Below, piece by piece: positions 52,317 through 64,000 of a stretch of 64,000 nucleotides of DNA. The notes beneath the pieces were generated by a model. That model saw only the letters and a list, made by a program, of their open reading frames with translations. It was not told the origin of the DNA and made no database searches. The DNA is from Nemertoderma westbladi (taxonomy: Eukaryota > Animalia > Xenacoelomorpha). Within the stretch, counting starts at the first letter, position 1; every line of letters starts with the position of its first letter. The translations under genes and the position numbers were made by a program. The stretch is from contig JAUCBJ010007043.1 in assembly GCA_032718475.1 (NCBI GenBank), positions 175,404 through 239,403 of the forward strand, written 5' to 3'.

Positions 52317-53399
52317 CTGCCATTATTGGTTCTCTGAAGAAGATAAGCAATGCCAATCTCATTACGCCTCTCCTCAACAAGTCAACCCCACCGACTAGCG
52401 GCTCTGGCTGTTTCCGCTGACGGGTCTCAGTTGAACAACGCGTCCTTTGGGATCTGGGATTTGGGATTAACGTTTTTTGTTTATATTTCAACAAACGAAC
52501 AAAGATTATATAAATGAATACTGTAGAGTTATTGCCCAGGCCAAATGACCTTTACACGACCTATGGTCAAGCATATTGTTCGATCTTCCTTGGACATGTG
52601 GTATGTACAGTAATACATATTTGTGCCATTAAACGTTAATCTTCTATGAACCTAATATCCTCCTTAGTCAATTGGCAGAGGTAATTATTATTGGTTTCAC
52701 AGTGGCTGACTGATTTCCCCGTTCCTTTGGGGTGGTTGTGTGTATTAGAGCAAACACTAGCATATCTCACCTCAGCTCAGCCCAGCCTATCGTTGCTAAG
52801 ACAACACCCTATCAGAATACATGCTGTTTCTGTTGGTAGCAGTGTAAGAACAGGAGACACACCTGAAGTTAAACATGTCTCTCACTGCTCAGCACACTAT
52901 CCCAGGTTATCACTGCAGTCTGGCAGTACAGCGCTGCAGTACAGTGGTATTATATTGATTTTTATAGAAATGTATTTCCAGCTGAGAATACTATATTACA
53001 GTTCTGCAGTTCGCCCATGTGAATAATACCAGGATTTCACTTTTCGGTCGACTTTTTATTGGAAATTTATATATTAAGATTTTTTATTTTTTTTAATGTA
53101 TCTTTATTAAGTGTTTCACAGCGCTTATTTCTGTCTTAAAACCTGTACATGTACTAATTCGTTTATTGTTTTGGTTAGATTCAGCCCTTCTGTAACCTGT
53201 GTTTTTGGTGAAAACCTGGTATTCTTCACATGGGGGTAACTGCAAAGTGAAATATAACGGCAGAAAGTCTGGTATTCTTCACATGGGCCCTGCAGTTTGC
53301 AGTTGAATAATACTAGTAGTAGTGTTTTATTATTAGTTTTTTAAGAGGCGTTTTCGTTAAGATATTCAATTATCTTAATATTTAATTTTCATACTTTCT

Positions 53400-54591
53400 T
53401 TGGTGATGTTTTGCTGTGGGTTTCGCATGAAGACTATTGAGATTAGAGCAGATTGGTATGGAGAAAGTGGCAAAAAAGAATTTGTTGGGGTGCGATATAA
53501 ATGTAGGGGAAATTCTCGACAATTTGTGAAGGGTTGTGGAAGAAATTTAAAGCCTGGATTAACCATAACTGAGTCCACATTTGAGTATACTAATTTTGCC
53601 AATGATGCAATTGTATTTTGGGTGACAAATGTTAGTGTGTTTTCAAAATCTTTATTGAATCGATTTATAAGAGAATTGCACGTATTTGGTGCTACATTTG
53701 ATGCTATTGCGATTAATTACCGAATAGAAAAAGGTTGTGAGATAGAAAAACATTTATTATCCCAGGCTTTAGTCATGTATCGAATGCTGCAGTTCCATGT
53801 TATATGTAATTTACCTCCTATATTACAAAAATCATCTGTTTGACATAGAGACATTTCTGGAAGGTAGTGGCTATGCTTCACATATTGATGAGTTACTACA
53901 CAATAATCATTTAAATTGTAATGTTCCGAAATGTTCAGATGTAATTGTCGTTGATGGAAATTATAAGCTTTTTCGAGGTATGTGTGGCAGGCCTCTAGAT
54001 AACGGCGACGTTTGTGATTCTTCTGTAAAATTAGAAGCCGATGGCATGGTTAGGTGCAAAATACATGGACCAGTTTCCAAACCTACAAAATCCTCAGAGT
54101 GCGATCTTCAACGTACAGATATGGAGTGTTCAAAAGTAGTGCCGAAGTTTTCAGGCCGTACATGTGGTGTTCTATTTGGGGTTAGGTCATGCGGATATGT
54201 CGAGTCATTTGCTGAAATGTCAAAAAAGGAAAGTCTGAAACAAGTTGCTGATTTTATAAGCGTTGACTATAAGGATACCAAATTAATAATTTATGATTAT
54301 GCATGTGGACTTGATAAGTACGTAACTAGCCGTCGTCCCCATGAATGGTTGTTCATGGTAGATAAATTCCATGTAAAAGGCCATAAATCACCAGAGTGTA
54401 AACCTGCTGGAGTCAATTACTTTTCTCATTCAAAGTTTCTGGAATACGAGCACATTAATTCTTCTGCAGCTGAACAATTTAACAAAAAGGCCAATCGTTC
54501 GAAGTCTACACTTAACTTTTGTTCGAAAAATATGTTTTACTTTTTCCTGCGATCTTATATAGTTTTCTATAATACATATATATTGCATTAA
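53400..54591 (+). CDS. CxC5/CxC6-KDZ transposase, frameshifted near 53825
   Basis: Cys-rich N-terminus and ATFDAIAINY; VVDGNYK, CGYV...ES, IYDYAC, VDKFHVKGH...C, NSSAAEQFN catalytic motifs of KDZ transposases. Confidence 0.82.
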
Positions 54592-54708
54592 ACTTTGTTT
54601 TTCCCTACTAATACTTTTCATAATATAATAATTTCATAATAATATGTCGGTACATTAAATACAATTCGCATAATACCGGGTACTGTATTATTATATATAT
54701 TATGGAAG

Positions 54709-55899
54709 ATGTCTAAACTGCTGCAATATACAACGAATAAATCTCAATCTGCTGGTTGTACAAGTGGGCAGATAGCTATTCAGTTGATAAGTGCAACGTC
54801 AGTTATAATGGGAAAAGCAACAGTTAAACTTACCGATAATTGGTATGAGCCAGTCTTGGTATGGGCATGTAATATAGCGCAAAGTGGCTCCAATAAAAGT
54901 GCCGGGAGTAATGAATTGTGTGAAAGCATGAGGTTATTTGATGACGTGGGATACTATACTGACTTTACTATTGAAAAACTTTTGGCTGATCTGTCAACTA
55001 AAAACAGTAGAGCAACTTTGTTTTACGACGAGGGAAAACTATTCTTAAACCAAACAGGAAGAGACAAGGCTCTGAAATCACGGGCACATTTGAATAGTCT
55101 GTATGGGGGTGGTTCAGTAGTTAAAGATACTGTAAGTGGTGGCAAAATGGAAACTGAGTCTACGCGAGTTGCTGTGTTGATGAATATACAGCCGGGCCCA
55201 TTCATAGATAAATTATTGGGAGATGATAACAATGATGGTTTAGCATCACGATTTTTATTGGCCTTTAAAGAAGATCGCGAAGTGAGAACGTTTGAAAGTT
55301 TGAAATCTATTCCAAAGTTATCGACTAAAATCGCTGATATAATAAGCGCTGTACATAATTCTGCAGAGGGGATGGAATTTGTCTTTTCAGAAAATGCTGA
55401 ACAAGAGTTTGCAGCATTCCACAATGATCACGAAGAAAGAATTAAAAGCCGTGATACAATGAAAGTAGATGTGATTCGCGATGCATTAAGTAAGAATAAA
55501 GGTATGGTGTCACGTATTAGTGCATGCATTCATGTCCTTGAACTGGTCTTCAGTGGGATACCTATTGATAATGAAATAATGGGCAGCGATATTCAATACG
55601 CTATTGAACTGGTTCAGAATAGTGAGAATGCTCTTACAGTTCTAAGTGAATTAGGATACAACATACATGAAGAAGAAAAAAGTAAAGATCTTATCAACAA
55701 TTTAAAACGTATTGTCGACAAAACACTTAAGGCCAACAAGAGCTTTACATACCAGACAATGAACGATCGTTGTTCTTCAATGCTAAAAGCTTTCAATATA
55801 TCATCTGAAGAAGAATGGATATCACTTATGCAACGTCATGGTTTCGTGAAATCCCAAACGCTTAGAGGAAATAGGATTTGTTTCCAAGTTGAACAGTAA
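54709..55899 (+). CDS. DUF3987-like P-loop NTPase/helicase-like protein
   Basis: WYEP..VW...AQSGSNKS (variant Walker A), FTIEKL, TLFYDEG (Walker B), NIQP, DGLASRFL (Arg finger); 396 aa, intact, intronless. Confidence 0.75.
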   Translation: MSKLLQYTTNKSQSAGCTSGQIAIQLISATSVIMGKATVKLTDNWYEPVLVWACNIAQSGSNKSAGSNELCESMRLFDDVGYYTDFTIEKLLADLSTKNSRATLFYDEGKLFLNQTGRDKALKSRAHLNSLYGGGSVVKDTVSGGKMETESTRVAVLMNIQPGPFIDKLLGDDNNDGLASRFLLAFKEDREVRTFESLKSIPKLSTKIADIISAVHNSAEGMEFVFSENAEQEFAAFHNDHEERIKSRDTMKVDVIRDALSKNKGMVSRISACIHVLELVFSGIPIDNEIMGSDIQYAIELVQNSENALTVLSELGYNIHEEEKSKDLINNLKRIVDKTLKANKSFTYQTMNDRCSSMLKAFNISSEEEWISLMQRHGFVKSQTLRGNRICFQVEQ

Positions 55900-56059
55900 A
55901 TTCTAACTAATTTCATATCTATCTATGTATCACATTGTTATACTGTAATTCATATATATATCAGGCTTATAACTCATATATAGAGGCATATTATACTCTT
56001 CTACCTCAAGTCATTTATCGGTAAATCCGCATTTCATTTTTGTATTCATGCATATGCCT

Positions 56060-57209
56060 TTGTAACCCATTCTTTTACTAACCTGCATAAACACGTGACA
56101 CGTGTTATCTTTCGTTTATTGTTTTGGTTCTATCTACATGCTTCCGTAACCTGCTCCTTTACTAACCTGCATAATCTTGTAACACGTGTTAACTATCGTT
56201 TATTGTTTTGGTTCTATCTACAGGCCTCTGTAACCAGCTCCTTTACTAACCTGCATAATATTGTAACACGTGTTAACATTAACTATCTTTTCTTGTTTTT
56301 GTTTTATCTGCCCGCCTCTGTAACCTGCTCATTTACTAACCTGCATAATCTTGTAACACGTGTTAACTATAGTTTATTGTTTTGGTGCTATCTACATGCC
56401 TCTGTAACCAGCTCCTTTACTAACCTGCATAATCTTGTAACACGTATTAACTATCGTTTATTGTTTTGGTTCTATCTGCCCGCCTCTGTAACCTGCTCCT
56501 TTACTAACCTGCATAATCTTGTAACACGTGTTAACTATCGTTTATTGTTTTGGTTCTATCTACCCGCCTCTGTAACCTGCTCCTTTACTAACCTGCATAA
56601 TCTTGTAACACGTGTTAACTATCGTTTATTGTTTTGGTTCTATCTACCCGCCTCTGTAACCTGCTCCTTTACTAACCTTCATAATCTTGTAACACGTGTT
56701 AACAATCGTTTATTGTTTTGGTTCTATCTGCCCGCCCCTGTAACCTGCTCCTTTACTAACCTGCATAATCTTGTAACACGTGTTAACTATCGTTTATTGT
56801 TTTGGTTCTATCTGCCCGCCTCTGTAACCTGCTCCTTTACTAACGTGCATAATCTTATAACACGTGTTAACTGTCGTTTATTGTTTTGATTCTATCTGCC
56901 TGCCTCTCTAACCTGCTCCTTTACTAACCTGCATAATCTTGTAACATGTGTTAACTATCGTTTATTGTTTTGGTTCTTTCTACCCGCCTCTATATCCTGC
57001 TCCTTTACTAACCTGCATAATCTTGTAACATGTGTTAACTATCGTTTATTGTTTTGGTTCTTTCTACCCGCCTCTATATCCTGCTCCTTTACTAACCTGC
57101 ATAATCTTATAACATGTGTTAACTATCGTTTATTGTTTTGGTTCTATCTACATGCCTCTGTAATCTGCTCCTTACTAACCTGCATAATCTTATAACATGG
57201 GTTAACTAT
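56060..57209. repeat. 84-bp tandem repeat, ~13 copies, inside the KDZ element
   Basis: ACTAACCTGCATAATCTTGTAACACGTGTTAAC... with period 84. Confidence 0.95.
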
Positions 57210-57620
57210 CCCAAGTACCTTATTCCCAAATCCCAAATACCTTAATCCCAAATACCTTAATCCCAAATACCTTAATCCCAAATACCTTATTCCCAAATCC
57301 CAAATACCTTATTCCCAAATCCCAAATACCTTAATCCCAAATACCTTATTCCCAAATACCTTAATCCCAAATACCTTATTCCCAAATCCCAAATACCTTA
57401 ATCCCAAATCCCAAATACCTTATTCCCAAATCCCAAATACCTTAATCCCAAATCCCAAATACCTTATTCCTAAATACCTTAATCCCAAATACCTTAATCC
57501 CAAATACCTTATTCCCAAAACCCAAATACCTTATTCCCAAATCCCAAATACCTTAATCCAAATACATTATTCCCAAATCCCAAATACCTTAATCCCAAAT
57601 TCCTTAATCCCAAATCCCAC
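57210..57620 (-). repeat. Right subterminal array, inverse of the left
   Basis: (TACCTTATTCCCAAATCCCAAA)n. Confidence 0.95.
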
Positions 57621-57906
57621 ATGGTATTTGCGTCCAGTTTCCCCCCCTGTCTCCATAACATATATAGATCAACTTGAAAGGGATACTGAACTTGGGAGAA
57701 ACGAAATTGCGACAACTATGGAGAATCGGGTAGCCTGGAAGGATCTCATTTCCACTGTCCGAGTTCGCTCGACTTAGTAGTAGTAGTAGTTATCAGCCTA
57801 AGCTAAGATAACTGGGGAGTGTTCTCGTTTTGGCGGCGCAATTTTGCCGACAAGCCGGCACAGCATTCCCGGAGTTGCAATGCAGCATGCCGATCCTAGT
57901 AGTAGT

Positions 57907-58350
57907 ATGGTGATTGATTTTAAAGAATGTATTGATGACTGTTCTCTCATGTATGTATTCTATATATTTCAACTGCTTATGTTTTTCACTATGTTCACCA
58001 TAGCAACACCGGCGACTCAAATTCTAATACGTTCTGTAAAATCCCATCAACAAAGTTTGGCATTGGGAATTAATAACATAGCATTTAAGTTGTTGGGGTC
58101 TATCCCCGGGCCTATTGTTATGGGAGCTTTACTCGACTATGCCTGTGATATTTGGTTGACATCATGCACCGGCGACACAAATTGCCTGTCATACGACAAT
58201 ATTAGGTTGTCAAGATACTTTGTTATTCTTGGAATGTCTTGCAACCTTATCATCCTCATTGTTTTCATCATCACTTACTTTGTTTATAAACCACCACCAC
58301 AGAAGTCTGATGATGTAGACCACGGCAGGGACGACAACACTAGGCTGTGA
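57907..58350 (+). pseudogene. SLCO/OATP C-terminal fragment (copy 2, lacks the NCSC segment)
   Basis: Nearly identical to 20322-20765; homology begins at ATGGTGATTGAT. Confidence 0.85.
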
Positions 58351-59831
58351 CGTCACCCATCACATATTGTGGGGCGAGCCACGAAGTGAGCGAAGCCTTA
58401 GCATATGGGTGCCATTGGCGAGTTGTCTGTCGTCGTCGTCTGTCATCGTCGTCGTAAATTTTTGATCGCAATAACTCGGTTATTCTTTGATGAAATTAAA
58501 CGAAACTTGGTATGTATATAGTCCATCAAAAGTTTAGAAATAATCTGAAGTTTGGTCAAAAACGAACAAACGCAACGAGGCACAAGAGGAGGGCGAGTTT
58601 GTGTTGAAGACTTCTGACTAACGACAGACAACACGTTAATGGTGCCCATATGCTAAAGGCTTTGCTCACTTCCAGTGCTGCGCGAAGGCCCCCACGAACG
58701 TGTATGAATACAGAATGGTTAGAAAATATATTAGTTCTTTTAATTTCATGTTTTCATACCCATATAGTAGTGACTAGGAAATGATGAAATACAAATTTAA
58801 TTTTGTAATAATATGGTCCCGTTAATTAGGAAAAATAATATCGAAATTGTCAATTGATTATTATTTATTGGTGTGTTCGCGCTTTCAGACCTTTAGCAGT
58901 TTAACCTGCCAATTTTAGGTGTCCTCTTGTTTATAAATCGACTTTAGCCTATAACAATTATTTAGTGCACATGAAGTAACATTAGCCGAAGCCAGTCTAT
59001 GCGCGATCATTCACCCACTGTTAAGGGAGACTGGATTCGGGTGCTTTGAAAGTTATTGCGGTGCAGACCTACTGTATTATTCGATTGATCGTTACTATAT
59101 AATCTCTGACAATATTATTCACTTTCGGGGAAATATTAACAGTTCCTTTAGGACTTGGCGCTTTAAGTATATAAACAGAGTTATGACTTATACTAAACAC
59201 AACTAGATGGCTATTGAGTTTCGTAAATAGCGCATTCTTTAAGAGATGCTTTATTATCTGTCACACTACTGCACACTACTTCACAATACTTCACACTGAT
59301 CTGCCGACCGTCACTGAATTTGATCATATATAAGGAGGATAGCAACTGACACATGTAGGGATTATGAAATAGCATTTAATTCACACAAAACCACTGTAAG
59401 TCGCAATTGCTACCGGTAACCGGTCCCTCTTACCTTCAGTAATCAAGAAGATTGGGGGTTTTATGATTATTTATCGGTATTCTCCAAATATATCAACAAT
59501 ATATCCATATAACAACAATTAATAACAGACAGTAAACAGAAGTAAAATAATGCGGTGAAAGTCAGTATGTCGGTAGGTGCCGAGTAATGTTCCCAGTCAG
59601 ATAATAGATTTACGTTCTTGTAATCAAAGCCGTCTAATGTTGGCCAAAGTCTGAAACTTCTACAGAAGCACAGAAGAATTTCTAAGCCAATGTTCCGAGG
59701 CTCAGAAAAGGTAAACAAAAACCGTAATGCATTTACATAGGCCCTTGTCCAACATAAAATGAAAATCGCTCTGATTGGATGAGCCGAACAAAGAGAGGTT
59801 CCACATTTACAGTAAATCAGCTGACAGATTT

Positions 59832-62058
59832 TGATAAACAACCGCGACCTCTATACTAACAGCAGAACTGTTGAACAGACCAATACCCGTTAATATCCTT
59901 CTGCCAACCTAATAAGTTCTCGTCTAACCAATAAGACACAAAGACTGCTCTACTGTTAAGTAAAGGGGATCAGGAGCGTGCTATTACTAAATTGTAAGGG
60001 TTGCTAAATACAAAACCGCTACTTACCGTTAGATGGCGCTAATCTGCCGTCCACTAATATATTTTACTAATTTTACACTACTCCTGCAAAATCGCTTGTT
60101 CCTTTCTCTACCGATCGCTCGATAGAGAGCTAACTGTTCGAATCTATGAGCCACGCGGGAATAACCAAAACAATAAACCCGAGTCGGCTCCCTAAGCTTA
60201 CTTAAGACGAGTGCGAGAGGCCTTGCACTCAGAGTATTCTTACGCCTAATTTTATCACTATTAAAGCACGCTATTACCTACGTCTTTCTAATCGCGAATA
60301 CTGGAGGTTCCCTAACGTAATGTGTGAATGCGAGAATATTTAAAATATCAAAATGGTACAGTATCTGTTTCTACGTGGATAATACCACTCCGGGTCTAAA
60401 ACTGCCCGCGACTGGCTTTAGGCCAGCAAAATTACTAGCGTATCGTGCGTACCGAATAGTGCGTTCTAGCTGATTGTCCGCTAATGCAAATAACCGCTCA
60501 GCGTGAATAGTTTACAGTACACTAATTATTACCTTAGCTACTCTCCGCTATGCTGCGTACTAATTCTTAATTTTTACTAAGGCACAAATATTTAACAGCG
60601 TACTAATTACTAAGAGTTCCAGAATACGTAATTCTAATTTATCACGCAACAGGTTTCGCTAGTAATAGCCTAATTTGCCGTATTACTTTGACCTAATCAA
60701 TAACTAATTATTGTAACTAAGAAATAGAAATCAATCAAAGGAAAAGAGCGCCTATCTAAGCATTCGTAATCTTAGGCACACTTCAATAACACACCAATCA
60801 GCGTTAGAAATCACAGTTTACAATTGTGCAATTCACTACTCGTACTCCACACTCAACGTTATAATACGCGCAGGCCTCTCCCGGGTACATCTAGGATTCC
60901 TAACTAACCCAATTCCTGCCCCCTAATACTAAATAGAGACAAAACCTGGATCATCAGCCCCCTAATTTGCTGTACCGGCGATCGGTCTGCGTGCCGCAGT
61001 GCAAGTTACCCGCCCGCAACGGTGACCCTAGCCAGCGTTGCCCGCTTTGAATCCTCCGCTCTCTCCTAGTCGCCCAACCCCCGATGCGCCCACCGCCCAC
61101 TGGCACCTTAGCCCTCCATTACGCTAATAGCTACCGTAGCGGCGCATGCAAATCACAAAGTCTGACAGTTTCAGGAATCCCTTGGGATTATTGCGCAGAA
61201 AAGAATCACATAGAACCATCAATCAAAGGTAGAAATCATAGTTCGATTGTAATTTGCAGTAATCGAAGGAATTATTGAGAAACACAAGCAAAGTAATCGC
61301 ACTAGCAAATCATTCCAAGAAATTAATCAAAATTAGCAAATTGCAGAAAAATACAAAATTAGAGACAGCTCAGCAAGTAAATTGTAACAGGGGTGTATCA
61401 TGTGACAGATTGATGATAGGCTCTACCGGCACACCGCCAATTTATAGGTGATCCGGATGGGATGATGCAATAGGGTGACTCAATCGCTTTCTTATTGGCT
61501 CTCCAGTCCGTGCTAGCACTAGACCAACCTGGAAGCAGCTAGTCCAATAAGGAGGCCGGATTGTAGCCCTATTTGCTCCCTTTCCTCGAATTATTACCAT
61601 ATATGGTAATGGTTCACGTCTCTGGCTGCTGAATGGCCAGGACGGCGTCCCTATATGCTAGCCCTACTAAAGCTAATATCAGCAAGCACGGAATCCAGGG
61701 TCCGAATAAACTTACCCTGGAACTATCTACATATAACCTAATACAAAATTACGTAGGTAGAGCTACATACTATACAAAATGAATGGATGCAAAATATATG
61801 GGCGTTTCAACTTCCTTACCTAAATACCACTGCGTTATTATGCCTTATCTAAAATATCATGCTGCACAACGGACTAATATTACATACAGTATAACGGACT
61901 AATATTGCATACTGCATAATGGACTAATATTGCATACTGCATAATGGACTAATATTGCATACTGCATAATGGACTAATATTGCATACTGCATAATGGACT
62001 AATATTGCATACTGCATAATGGACTAATACTGTGGATACAGCGCCATATACCGTAACA
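59832..62058 (-). repeat. Long LTR (~2.2 kb), copy 2
   Basis: TGATAAAC...CCGTAACA on the + strand, adjacent to CCGCTCC (PPT-like); visibly diverged from copy 1. Confidence 0.7.
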
Positions 62059-64000
62059 CCGCTCCAAGGGAAATCATATAATGTTTCCCTCCAATTGTAG
62101 AAGAGTATAAGGTGATGTATACAAAACAAATAAATTTCTTCCAACCAATCTAAATAACATAATAATTCTACTATTTACAAATATTGCCATAGATATTGCA
62201 TAATGAATTACATACAAATTAAATTCACAAAATATTATCTCTCTCACTGTTTAACGATTATTACATACAAATTAAATTTACAAAATATTGTTTCTCGTTC
62301 ATTCTTACTACATAATGATTACTACATACAAAATCAAATATAAATTTTGCTAGGGCAAGTGAAAGGAGTAAGCCAAACCCGCAGGTTTGTCTCCCCAATC
62401 ACTTCCTTCGCCTCTTTCATAATATAAATTCAAATAACTCAACTAGTGTATATGAGTCTAGTCGAAGATTTTCAAATGCTACAATATACATCAGAGCGAC
62501 GATGATGTATATATCTAGAGTCTGTCGCCCTGTGCCATAATGTATTATCGACCCGCTCCTGGGTTCTTTGGGCTCGCTCCTCTCTTTCGCCCCCTTCCCA
62601 GATACACTAATCTACCTCTAGTTGACTCCGTTGACGGCGTCCGTGAGGCGTCACTCCCCGGAACCGACGACGACGTTCCCTGAGCCCCGACAGATTCTCG
62701 GCTCGAACTTCTCCCTCGGCCTCGTCCCAATTGTCGCGCTCCCGTGGTCGCTTCCGCCAACTCTTCCTTATGCAGTTGCACTCGCGCTTTTTCAGACGCC
62801 CCCTGCGCCTTGCGCTGCAACCTTTGCGCTTCTATAATAGACGCTTACGTCCTTCTGGGCTCCTCCCCGAGGCGCACCCACGAGGCGGACGTGTTTCCAC
62901 CACCCCTGGGGCCAGTCCGACAGATGTTATTATCAGACCGGGCCGGGGGGTGGCCCGATGCTTCCCGGGTTCTGTTTTCGGTCCCCCGATCACACCGGCA
63001 CAGCTCGTCGAACGTGTAGCCAGATGGGCGGCTACTGTCAACTCACTGTGGCCTGACTGTACATTGAGCCAACTCAGAGAGTCAACCGGCAGGTGGACCA
63101 GTCGATAGCGATCGAGCACCAAGGTCGCTCTTGGGCCTAACCGACGGTCTTGTCCCATGTGGGCTTGCGCTACCCAACATGGAATTTTGACTCGTTTTCA
63201 CCTGCCTCGCCGGCAGTATTGAAGAAACAATACTGTCTTGCTCAAAAGCTAAGAACAAGTAACCACTTACCAGTCACTGTACACATGTACTCAACAGATG
63301 TTCACAATATCAAGTACACAAATTGGACACATACCATGCACACACAGAGGACATAATCGGTAAAGACAAAATCGGGGTCAAAATCGGGAGGGACTAGTTG
63401 TATCGACTAGAGAGAACATGAGAGTCGAGAGTACCTTATTTTGCCGTCAGGGCAAAATAACTTTGTGTGCACAAAGTATGCTAGGGCGCAGTAAAGTATG
63501 GTCCTACTAATACCAGCGGCGTCTGGACCAACTGGCAAGGTTTCCCACACTCACTCGCAGTGGCCATACATACAATCACGTATACTCACATACCCACAGC
63601 AACAGAAAGCTCATCTCAGACCTAAACACACTCCAAAGACCAATCAGCTGAACATGGAGACAATAACATATAGTATCAAAAAAACGGAACAGCTGACGGT
63701 CAATGGCACACATCCAAGCCCCAAAGCTAACTGCCACTGGTCGCCCACATACAAAACACAGTTCACACCACATGAACCACAAATCACGCCATGCCACCAC
63801 CCCTACTGTGTACAGGACTGGCAGTACGGCAACAGGCCGACTAGACGGTACCACGGCACCATGGCAATTCATGGTTCGCTAGACACGAGGGCCTTCAGTG
63901 ACTCCCTCGCACTATAAGAGCTCATGTTTAACGTGCCCCCAGACCCTCACGAGTCCGCCGCCGCCTGTTGAAAGCACCCCTATAGAGACCTCACCTCTTT
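59832..64000 (-). mobile_element. LTR element copy 2 (inverted, accessory ORF internally deleted), runs off the window
   Basis: Inserted after CTGACAGATTT in the duplicated block (empty sites at ~22246 and ~36323); reverse complement of 7857-11941. Confidence 0.8.

Larger units (their letters stand above)
51768..57653 (+). mobile_element. KDZ-superfamily (Kyakuja/Dileera/Zisupton-like) TIR DNA transposon, 5886 bp
   Basis: TIRs CAGATAGGGGGGGAAACTGGAC / GTCCAGTTTCCCCCCCTGTCTC; 8-bp TSD CATAACAT (51760-51767, 57654-57661); two internal genes. Confidence 0.88.
51669..57790 (+). pseudogene. RTE LINE 3' end (51669-51767 and 57654-57790) split by the TIR element
   Basis: Rejoined: CWLSKDEVIPDLLFWQPTHGKRSRGRPAIT-YIDQLERDTELG...MENRVAWKDL..., followed by a (TAG)n tail. 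Confidence 0.85.

Noticed and set aside
56095-57195. 264-aa hydrophobic repeat protein
   Set aside because: Translation of the 84-bp tandem repeat; no ATG start and interrupted by a stop.
57828-57906. Helitron 3' end (hairpin plus CTAG) capturing the SLCO fragment
   Set aside because: The hairpin is weak and lies upstream of the gene fragment, so it cannot support capture.

Overview
AT-rich eukaryotic DNA, most likely from an invertebrate animal, made almost entirely of nested mobile elements and tandem repeats. Left to right: (1) a Maverick/Polinton (adintovirus-like) virion module with penton fragment, core protein, major capsid protein and adenain protease; (2) a 5'-truncated L2/CR1-type LINE; (3) the 3' part of an LTR element with a 2.2-kb LTR and a triple-CCHC-knuckle ORF upstream of it, with a second inverted copy at the right end of the window; (4) a CRE-type fragment and two minisatellites; (5) a duplicated block carrying an SLCO/OATP C-terminal fragment; (6) an orphan ORF segment split by a very young GalEa-type copia element with identical LTRs and a 5-bp TSD; (7) a degraded BEL/Pao element; (8) an RTE LINE 5' part running into an ~11-kb 40-bp satellite; (9) a complete 5.9-kb TIR element with an 8-bp TSD and G-rich fold-back subterminal arrays, encoding a CxC5/CxC6-KDZ transposase plus an intact DUF3987-like P-loop NTPase. 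The last is the most striking candidate for an undescribed system. All family calls come from motif recognition by eye; no database search was run.
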